NCBI GenBank assembly: GCA_014384675.1
Contig: JACNFK010000014.1
Span: 1,213 to 65,212 of the forward strand
Source of the DNA: Candidatus Thiopontia autotrophica
Lineage (GTDB): Bacteria > Pseudomonadota > Gammaproteobacteria > GCF-002020875
Length of the DNA: 64,000 nucleotides
Direction: 5' to 3'
Positions 33,581 to 40,615 of the stretch are shown here, piece after piece (within the stretch, counting starts at the first letter, position 1; each line of letters starts with the position of its first letter). The notes under the pieces were generated by a model. The model saw only the letters and a list, made by a program, of their open reading frames with translations. It had not been told where the DNA came from and did not search any database. A program made the position numbers and the translations under genes.

Positions 33581-34348
33581 TTACTTCATCTTGATATCAA
33601 CAGTTACAGTATCGCCACCCTTAACAGTAGCCTTGCCTTTTCCTGGCTTGAGGAAGCCATTGAAGGCCCTGACCTTGTATTTGCCAGGAGGTACGTTGTC
33701 GATAGTGTACTTTCCGTTGCCATCTACCACAGCGTAGTATGGGCTCTTGGCCACAAAGACGAAACCGTGCATAAAGTCATGAGCATCACACTCAACCTTC
33801 ATGGCATAACCTTTTTTCAGCTTTACAGTCTTGGTCACCTTGCTGCCCTGGTCAGGCTGGCTCACATTTGCAACGGTCTTTTTAGGCCCTTTGACGGTAC
33901 CGGTCATCAGCTCATAGGTGTGAAGATTGTGAAGAACAGGATCAGAGTTGATAGCAGTCATCTTGCCGCCATTTTGCATGATAGAGAGGAATGGGGTGAA
34001 TTCGCATCCTTTCTGATCTACATTGATCTCAGCAGGAGTGTCTCCCCACGCCTTGCCTGATTTTACCTTAGTCAGATAGACAACTGCATTGAGCAGTGCC
34101 TTGCCGTTGGTCTGAACGTAATCGATGATGCGCTGGTCATTGCCACATACGGCATTGTCCTTCTTTATGTCATAAACCTTGTGGGCAGACTTTGGTGCAG
34201 CCTTCTTCAGGGTTACGGTTCCGGTGATGGTGCCGCCATTAGCGACATCAACCACCTTGTAGCCAGCCTCTGAGCTGAGTGGGGTGAATGCAGCAGCAGT
34301 GATTGCTACAGCAGAGAGTGTCTTAAGTAGACGTTTTGATGTTTTCAT
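33581..34348 (-). CDS. Secreted cupredoxin-like (amicyanin/pseudoazurin-type) protein with a C-terminal carboxypeptidase-regulatory-like beta-sandwich
   Basis: Signal peptide. A VLHNLH ... VECDAHDFMHGF arrangement (H ... C-x2-H-x2-M) matches the amicyanin type-1 copper ligand spacing. The C-terminus (GKYTIDNVPPGKYKV) is CarboxypepD_reg-like. Confidence 0.5.
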   Translation of the reverse strand: MKTSKRLLKTLSAVAITAAAFTPLSSEAGYKVVDVANGGTITGTVTLKKAAPKSAHKVYDIKKDNAVCGNDQRIIDYVQTNGKALLNAVVYLTKVKSGKAWGDTPAEINVDQKGCEFTPFLSIMQNGGKMTAINSDPVLHNLHTYELMTGTVKGPKKTVANVSQPDQGSKVTKTVKLKKGYAMKVECDAHDFMHGFVFVAKSPYYAVVDGNGKYTIDNVPPGKYKVRAFNGFLKPGKGKATVKGGDTVTVDIKMK

Positions 34349-34404
34349 GTCAATTTGACTCCTGGGTTAAATAAAACAAAATAGTTAATGAAAAAATAGT
34401 TACT

Positions 34405-36846
34405 TTATGCGGCCTGAAGATGGTCGGGTTCCTGGCTGGTTTGGTATATCTCTTCCAGCATCTCGATCACAAATCTGCGCTCCGCACTGCTCTGCATGGA
34501 CTCCAGCAAGGGTAGCAGATGGTTTGCACCGATTACAGGGTCGAGAATTCTAAGTGCTCTTCCCATATGTCTTGCCTGTTCACCGGCACCAGCAAAACCT
34601 GCGTCCAGTATCTTTAGAATAAATTCTTTGCTCTCTTGGGGGCTTTCTGTGCCACTACTTAACAGCGAGGTTATTGCATCAGCCGCATATTTTCTGACTG
34701 AGGGTTGGTCATCTTCCAGTTTCTCACTGATTTTCTGCAAGATTTCACTGTTGGCAACCTCGTTGGTCACCATGTGAGCCTCTTCTACAGAGTCAAGTTT
34801 GCTTGAGGCAATGGTGGCAAGAGCACGCACCGACTCCATTCGTACAACGGTATCATCATCATCCAAACATTCAATCAGGGTTGGTATGGCAGCCCGGTTT
34901 TCCATTGCTCCAAGGGCGCGGATGGCAGCCATGCGAATGTCGGGGTCACCAAAATGGACCTGAGATATAAGTGTTCCCTGTGTATCAAGCAGTTTTGGGT
35001 TGGCCGGATTGCCAGCAGCAATCTCCGCCAGGGCCTCGGCAGCCAATCTACGAATCTCATGGTCATCATCACTAAGCGCAAGATTTAGCTCATTTATTGC
35101 CAGATTACTTTGTTGACGCCCCAGAATGGTTGCCGCCATGCGACGCACATCAGTATGTATGTCCTTGTTCTTGAACCTGCGTTCACGGCGAACTGTCGCC
35201 TCCTCGTTATCCTCCAGGATGCCAAGATACTCCTTGGTCTCTTCATCAAACTCCTCTTCAGCTGGGGCCTCCTCCTCATCCAGCAAAAGGGCTGCCTCAA
35301 CATTATCCATTGCAATGGCATCGAGTGTTGAGACACTATCGCGGCTTTCACCCTCCAGGGTTGGTGATTCAGGAAAGTCTGGCAACGCAGGTTCTTCGCT
35401 CACGGTATCTTCTTCCGTACCATTTTCAGTGTTGTTCTCCAGATCAACACTCTTGTTGAACTGAACCTCCTGAGACTGGGCAACCACCTCCTTCTGCTCC
35501 TCCTCCTCTTCCTCACGAGTCAGGTCAATCTCGCCATGGAGTGCCGAGAGGATGATCTCAATGGGGCGCGGATGATTTTCACTGTCATCACTGTCAGATG
35601 CTGCTACATATTTATCCTCACAATCCATAAGAGAGATCAGGGCGGCCAGACGAACAGGCTGTTCAGGATCGCTTAGTGCATTGGTGAGTGCATCAACTCC
35701 TGAATCTGTTATCTGGTCCATTAGTGACAGGCTAAGTGCGGCCTGTCTACGAATAGCGATTTCGTTACTGTCATCAGCAAGCAGAGTGACCAGTTTCTCT
35801 TCTGCATCACTGGTGTTCAGTTTTGAGAAGAGCTTGGTCGCTGCAGTAGAAGATTCAATGTCAGCATCACCGATTAATTCAATTATGCGATCAATGACTT
35901 CACCACCAAGCTTCTCTCTCAATACCTCTCTGCGCAGATTTGCCAGGGTATTGAGTGAGGTTGCACGTACCAGGGCGCTCTCATCGTCAAGAAGACCAGT
36001 AAACAGGTCTACAGTCTCCTGGGTTGGGTTTTTCATCTCTCCCAATGTGGTCGCAGCATGTGCTGCTGCACTGCGCACTTCGTCACTTGGGTTCTTTAGT
36101 AACAGCATAATGGCCGGCAGGTATCTCTTCGCATCCTGCTCCTCCAGGGCCTTAATTGCATGTACGCGGACATCAGTGTGTTTGGAGCTTAGTGCTCTAC
36201 CAAGAATCTTGACTGCCTCTGCAGAATTTGACCGTCCCAGAGCGGTAGCCGCACGGCGCTGTTTACGAACATCCCCTTCATTCAGGATCTTTTCCAGGGT
36301 TTTGATGCTCTCTTCACTACCAATAGCGGCCATGGATCGCAGAATCTCTGGCTCTATATCTTCACCTTCAATGCTGTTGAGCAGTCGTTCCAGTGCAGGT
36401 ACAGCGTCATTGGCCTTTAGCTTGCCGAGTGATTTAACCGCAGCGAGCTGAACATCCCACCAGAGATCCCATCCATCCTCGATGTAACCTATCTCATCAT
36501 CACGATTCTCCATAACGCGCATCAGCTCAGGTACTGCGGATTGGTCGCCGAGTTCCCCCAGGGCCTTGGCAACGGCAGTTTTTACCTCGCCATCAGGATC
36601 TTTCTCAAGAGACTCAATTAGTGAAGCAGCGACCCCCTCGCCACCAAGTTTTCCGAGTGTGGATGCTGCATCAACACATACATCAATATCCTTGTCTCTA
36701 AGGAATGGCAGAACTTTTTTGGATACACTATTTGTAGCTGATGGGGCACAAAGTTTCCCCAGAGCCTGAGTTACATAACAGCGATCAGCTTCGTCACCGG
36801 TCTCTAGCAGGTGGGTTAATGCATCAATTGTTTTATTCAGGCTCAT
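34405..36846 (-). CDS. Large HEAT-repeat (PBS-lyase-type) protein with acidic low-complexity segments
   Basis: Repeated VRxxAAxALGxLGD HEAT/E-Z motifs throughout its 813 aa, with EEEEEQKE and DEEEAPAEEEFDEE tracts. Confidence 0.7.
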   Translation of the reverse strand: MSLNKTIDALTHLLETGDEADRCYVTQALGKLCAPSATNSVSKKVLPFLRDKDIDVCVDAASTLGKLGGEGVAASLIESLEKDPDGEVKTAVAKALGELGDQSAVPELMRVMENRDDEIGYIEDGWDLWWDVQLAAVKSLGKLKANDAVPALERLLNSIEGEDIEPEILRSMAAIGSEESIKTLEKILNEGDVRKQRRAATALGRSNSAEAVKILGRALSSKHTDVRVHAIKALEEQDAKRYLPAIMLLLKNPSDEVRSAAAHAATTLGEMKNPTQETVDLFTGLLDDESALVRATSLNTLANLRREVLREKLGGEVIDRIIELIGDADIESSTAATKLFSKLNTSDAEEKLVTLLADDSNEIAIRRQAALSLSLMDQITDSGVDALTNALSDPEQPVRLAALISLMDCEDKYVAASDSDDSENHPRPIEIILSALHGEIDLTREEEEEEQKEVVAQSQEVQFNKSVDLENNTENGTEEDTVSEEPALPDFPESPTLEGESRDSVSTLDAIAMDNVEAALLLDEEEAPAEEEFDEETKEYLGILEDNEEATVRRERRFKNKDIHTDVRRMAATILGRQQSNLAINELNLALSDDDHEIRRLAAEALAEIAAGNPANPKLLDTQGTLISQVHFGDPDIRMAAIRALGAMENRAAIPTLIECLDDDDTVVRMESVRALATIASSKLDSVEEAHMVTNEVANSEILQKISEKLEDDQPSVRKYAADAITSLLSSGTESPQESKEFILKILDAGFAGAGEQARHMGRALRILDPVIGANHLLPLLESMQSSAERRFVIEMLEEIYQTSQEPDHLQAA

Positions 36847-36895
36847 GGTATTAGGCTCTCTATATAAAAATTATCTTTAGAATTCAGTAACAGTA

Positions 36896-36911
36896 TGCAT
36901 AAGGTGTGCCA
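36896..36911 (-). promoter_or_regulatory. Sigma-54 (-24/-12) promoter for the HEAT-cupredoxin transcript
   Basis: The minus strand reads TGGCACACCTTATGCA. GG and GC are spaced exactly as in TGGCAC-N5-TTGC, about 50 nt upstream of the HEAT start. Confidence 0.6.
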
Positions 36912-36975
36912 AATACTTTATCTTATTGATAATCAATGGGTTGATTATCTGGATATTTATATACTACCAGGTAAA

Positions 36976-37087
36976 TTGAACGATATGTTCAATTGGAAGA
37001 ATCGTTCCATAGATTATTGAACAAAACGTTCAGTTTGTGAACATTATGGTCTATTTTTTATAAACTTAAAACTGAACAAAACGTTCA
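36976..37087. promoter_or_regulatory. Three TGAAC-N5-GTTCA palindromes (candidate UAS/enhancer sites) plus one TGGAA-N6-TTCCA palindrome
   Basis: TTGAACGATATGTTCAA (36976-36992), TGAACAAAACGTTCA (37018-37032) and TGAACAAAACGTTCA (37073-37087), plus TGGAAGAATCGTTCCA (36994-37009). They lie in a divergent AT-rich intergenic region between two sigma-54 promoters. Confidence 0.6.
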
Positions 37088-37140
37088 CATTCATATGTAA
37101 CAGACTGTAAAATAAAATATATTTATAAAATTTTTATTTA

Positions 37141-37156
37141 TGGCATATAAAATGCA
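37141..37156 (+). promoter_or_regulatory. Sigma-54 (-24/-12) promoter for the CydA-like/cytochrome operon
   Basis: TGGCATATAAAATGCA with GG-N10-GC spacing. It is 62-158 bp downstream of the three palindromes. Confidence 0.6.
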
Positions 37157-37195
37157 AGTAGTTGGCGGATATTGGCATTAAACCAAGGGTTGGCT

Positions 37196-37348
37196 ATGAC
37201 AGAAGAGAACGAGAACAGAGAAAGTGTTAAGCAGGATAGTGAAGAGGTGACATGGGGGCCGAAGCTGTTTCTGGCGGTAACAGGCGGTGTTCTTCTCTTC
37301 TTCTGGTGGCTTCTGATCTATTCAGGTGGTGTGGTATTACACCACTGA
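37196..37348 (+). CDS. 50 aa small membrane protein (below the ORF-track size cutoff)
   Basis: MTEENENRESVKQDSEEVTWGPKLFLAVTGGVLLFFWWLLIYSGGVVLHH. It has an RBS-like AAGGG about 8 nt upstream and is the first ORF after the sigma-54 promoter. Confidence 0.3.
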   Translation: MTEENENRESVKQDSEEVTWGPKLFLAVTGGVLLFFWWLLIYSGGVVLHH

Positions 37349-37393
37349 CTTTTCAAACACCAAAGCGCTCATAATCATTTAGCAGGTAAACTG

Positions 37394-37519
37394 ATGAAAA
37401 CTGGAATTGCATTTGTAGTTGCCCTTTTTGTGGCATTTTTTCTGTTCTATGGAATGGATCATCTCATCATGGGAATGCAGGGGCTTCCTCTGAATCTCGA
37501 CATGTCGCCGGCGCAGTAG
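37394..37519 (+). CDS. 41 aa single-TM peptide, possibly a CydX-like accessory subunit
   Basis: MKTGIAFVVALFVAFFLFYGMDHLIMGMQGLPLNLDMSPAQ. It ends 16 nt before the CydA-like start. Confidence 0.3.
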   Translation: MKTGIAFVVALFVAFFLFYGMDHLIMGMQGLPLNLDMSPAQ

Positions 37520-37535
37520 AAGGAATAAAAATCCA

Positions 37536-39356
37536 ATGAAACAAAGACTATTTTTCTGGGTATTGCTCTTCTCTGTCATTGTGGCAGGGATGTTTGGGGG
37601 TGATTTCGGTTCACCTTCACTACTCAATGAGGCTCTCGCCTCTGATGCTGTAGTAGAGGAGGGGGCGCAACTGGCTTCAGCTCCTCAGCCAAATCGTGGC
37701 GATTATCCAAATATAGGGGTCAGTAGTCGGGCGGTTGTGTGGGTTATCGCACAGATGCACCTCTTCTTTGGGGCGCTGGTGTTGGCGGTACCGATGTTTG
37801 TGGTCGGTATTGAGTTTATGGGTTTCAAAACCGGTGATGAGCGCTATGATGATATGGCCCATGAGTTCATGAAGATCAGTATCACCGCCTACTCCATTAC
37901 TGCGCTGTTTGGTGGAACCCTGGCGATTGCCCTCTTCCTGCTCTATCCAACCTTTATGAGCTACATGATGGAGGTGTTCGGGGCACAGATGTTGGTCTAT
38001 GCGGTGCTCTTTTTCCTTGAGAGCTTCTTCCTCTATATCTACTACTATGGCTGGAATGTACTCCGTTATGGTAACAAAAAGTGGATCCACCTCTCTTTGG
38101 GGATGATGCTCAATGGGGTAGGGCTGACTCTGATGTTTATGGCTAACTCCTGGTCCACCTTCATGATGGCCCCATCCGGGGTGAGTGATGTGGGTGCAGT
38201 GGTGGGGAATATCTGGGAGGTTATGAAGGGGCCGCTGTGGAACCCAATCAATCTGCATCGATTCATCGCCAATGTCGCCTTTGGTGGAGCCGTAGTAGGG
38301 GCCTATGCCGGGTTTAAGTTTCTTGCAGCAAAAACGCAGGAGCAGAAAGCACACTATGACTGGATGGGATATACCTCTAACTTTATTGCGATCCTCGCCT
38401 TTTTACCCCTCCCCTTTGCGGGCTATTGGTTGATGGCAGAGGTCTATGCATACTCTCAGCAGATGGGAATTACCGCCATGGGTGGTATTCTTGCGTGGCT
38501 CTTTATTGTACAGGCGGTATTGATTGGAACCATCTTGTTGGCAGCCAACTACTATCTATGGTCAGGGATGTCTCGTACCGAGGGCTCCAAACGCTATCAG
38601 GGGTTTATTAAGTGGATTGCTGGAACGCTTGTGGTCTGCTTTCTGATCTGGATGACCCCTCACACCTTGCTGCTAACGGCAAGCGAGATCTCCGCCTTGG
38701 GTGGAAGTCACCACCATATTCTTGGGCCACTGGGGATCATGCCGGCGAAAAATATTGCGGTCAATCTGATGTTGATTATGACCTTTCTCTCCTTCCAGCT
38801 CTACCGTCGATCCGATAAAGTGGCAACCGTCTCTTGGGCGCCAGTTGGAAATGCACTGATGACAGCCATCTATATTGTGGCGATTGTGAATATTATCTTT
38901 GCAGGTGTCTATTATGGATATTTCACTAATACGGTATACAAGGTCGGATCCAGTGTGACCCAGGTGGTATCTACCTTGATGGTGATTATCATTGGGGTAA
39001 TGCTGGATGGCATCATGTATAAAAATGCCAAAGTGAAATTTCCTGCAGTTTGGGGAAAAGTCTCCAACCGTTCACAGTATGCACTCTTCGCCCTACCGGT
39101 TGCCTTTACCTGGTTGATGGGATTGATGGGATATGTACGCTCTTCGGTCAAGACCCATTGGCATGTCTATACGGTGATGAAAGATAACTCACCAGATAAC
39201 TATATTCCTGCAATTGGTTATGCGGGAAATATGGTTACTCTGGTTACGGTACTGTTTATTGTCTTCCTGTTATTCGTGTTCTGGATTGCCAACCTTAGTG
39301 GGCAGAAACAGATTGCACCCCAAGCTGCCAATGGTGAAAAAGGAGCAGAGGGATGA
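37536..39356 (+). CDS. Cytochrome bd-type quinol oxidase subunit I-like membrane protein (an orphan CydA homolog with no CydB partner)
   Basis: 606 aa and polytopic. MHLFFGALVLAVPMF corresponds to the CydA helix-1 His region. LESFFLYIYYYGWNVL matches the CydA FLES...FFFGWDRL block. The C-terminus is extended. Confidence 0.7.
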   Translation: MKQRLFFWVLLFSVIVAGMFGGDFGSPSLLNEALASDAVVEEGAQLASAPQPNRGDYPNIGVSSRAVVWVIAQMHLFFGALVLAVPMFVVGIEFMGFKTGDERYDDMAHEFMKISITAYSITALFGGTLAIALFLLYPTFMSYMMEVFGAQMLVYAVLFFLESFFLYIYYYGWNVLRYGNKKWIHLSLGMMLNGVGLTLMFMANSWSTFMMAPSGVSDVGAVVGNIWEVMKGPLWNPINLHRFIANVAFGGAVVGAYAGFKFLAAKTQEQKAHYDWMGYTSNFIAILAFLPLPFAGYWLMAEVYAYSQQMGITAMGGILAWLFIVQAVLIGTILLAANYYLWSGMSRTEGSKRYQGFIKWIAGTLVVCFLIWMTPHTLLLTASEISALGGSHHHILGPLGIMPAKNIAVNLMLIMTFLSFQLYRRSDKVATVSWAPVGNALMTAIYIVAIVNIIFAGVYYGYFTNTVYKVGSSVTQVVSTLMVIIIGVMLDGIMYKNAKVKFPAVWGKVSNRSQYALFALPVAFTWLMGLMGYVRSSVKTHWHVYTVMKDNSPDNYIPAIGYAGNMVTLVTVLFIVFLLFVFWIANLSGQKQIAPQAANGEKGAEG

Positions 39357-40177
39357 GTCAGAGTAACCAGGTACTTCCAAAGATATTGGCATTTAGTGTG
39401 GGGCTGGTGTTGCTCTTTACCTTTGTTGCCAACATTCTTCCACAGGTTGAGGGCGAGGCGCCGGTGGACAAGAAGGTGGATCTCGGTGCGCTCACCATGG
39501 ATGGCTTTGTCTCGATGGGAGAAGAGTTATTCAAGGGGAAGGGGACCTGTACCCTCTGTCATAATAATCTTGGGCGCGCGCCTGATATTCTGGCATTGAA
39601 TATGGTGGAGACTGCCGCTGAGCGGTTAAAAGATGAGCGCTATCAAGGAAAATCTACTGATTCGGCCAGTTACTTTATGGAGTCAATGGTAGACCCCTCG
39701 ATCTATGTGGTGGCGAGCTTTGGAAAGAAGGGCAGTAATGATACGGAATCACCTATGCCCGCTGTGAATAAGGCCCCCATTAACCTTTCAGCGATAGAGA
39801 TGGATGCGGTCATCGCCTTTATGCAGGCCAAGGATGGTGGTGAGGTTACGGTGGAGCTGCCTACAGAGGCTCCAGTGGTCGATGAATCTGCTGTCACAGG
39901 CGGCGGAGCACCTGCCCCGGCAGCAACTGGTGAAGAGGCGGTAGGAAAATATGGTTGTGCGGCCTGTCATGTTATTAACGGTTCAGGAGGCGATCTTGGT
40001 CCGGACCTGACTGGGCTAGGCAGCAGACAAAATGTTCTGGTTATTCAACAGAGTATTGTTGATCCAAATGCAGTTATTGCAGATGGATTTGCCCAAGGAC
40101 TTATGCCGGCTGATTTTGGTGACAAGATGACAGTCAAGGAGTTGTCGATGATTGTTGAATTGCTGCAGGGGCAGTAG
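39353..40177 (+). CDS. Membrane-anchored diheme cytochrome c
   Basis: Two CxxCH motifs (CTLCH and CAACH) and an N-terminal TM anchor. Its start overlaps the CydA-like stop (ATGA). Confidence 0.8.
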   Translation: MSQSNQVLPKILAFSVGLVLLFTFVANILPQVEGEAPVDKKVDLGALTMDGFVSMGEELFKGKGTCTLCHNNLGRAPDILALNMVETAAERLKDERYQGKSTDSASYFMESMVDPSIYVVASFGKKGSNDTESPMPAVNKAPINLSAIEMDAVIAFMQAKDGGEVTVELPTEAPVVDESAVTGGGAPAPAATGEEAVGKYGCAACHVINGSGGDLGPDLTGLGSRQNVLVIQQSIVDPNAVIADGFAQGLMPADFGDKMTVKELSMIVELLQGQ

Positions 40178-40242
40178 TCGAGATTTCAATGGCAGCGGAT
40201 GCTGCGATTTTTTTAACTTTTTATCAATGTAAGGAATTAATA

Positions 40243-40560
40243 ATGAACAAGGTAATGATTAGTGTTGTGGCAACTGTAGTAATGGCTTCAAGCCAGTCTG
40301 TAATGGCCGATGCCGCCGGTGATTTTGCCGCCGGCTGTTTTGCCTGTCACAGCCCTGCAACTGCAGCTGCAGTAGGCGCTCCTGGCATGGGTGATAAGGC
40401 TGCCTGGGCGCCACGCATCGCCAAGGGTATGGATGCACTCTATGCAACCGCAATCAATGGCTCTCCAACAAACCCACTGATGATGCCGCGTGGTGGAACC
40501 GCTTTGAGTGATGATGCGCTAAAGGCTGTGGTGGACTACATGGTTGAGCAGTCAAAATAA
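40243..40560 (+). CDS. Monoheme cytochrome c (c5/c553-like)
   Basis: Signal peptide, then a CFACH heme motif in a roughly 85-residue mature domain. The start is taken at MNKVMIS, which has a better RBS than the ORF-track start at 40189. Confidence 0.75.
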   Translation: MNKVMISVVATVVMASSQSVMADAAGDFAAGCFACHSPATAAAVGAPGMGDKAAWAPRIAKGMDALYATAINGSPTNPLMMPRGGTALSDDALKAVVDYMVEQSK

Positions 40561-40615
40561 GTTGGCTGATATTTTTTTACCAAAATAGCTATTAGAGATT
40601 TGGAGTAGACCCCCC

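Noticed and set aside
35681-36451. 256 aa Ser-rich plus-strand ORF
   Set aside because: Antisense to the HEAT-repeat gene. Its low-complexity composition mirrors the acidic repeats on the coding strand.
37161-37178. Second sigma-54-like element TTGGCGGATATTGGCATT
   Set aside because: The GG-to-GC spacing is 9 instead of 10 nt. The adjacent TGGCATATAAAATGCA (37141-37156) fits properly.
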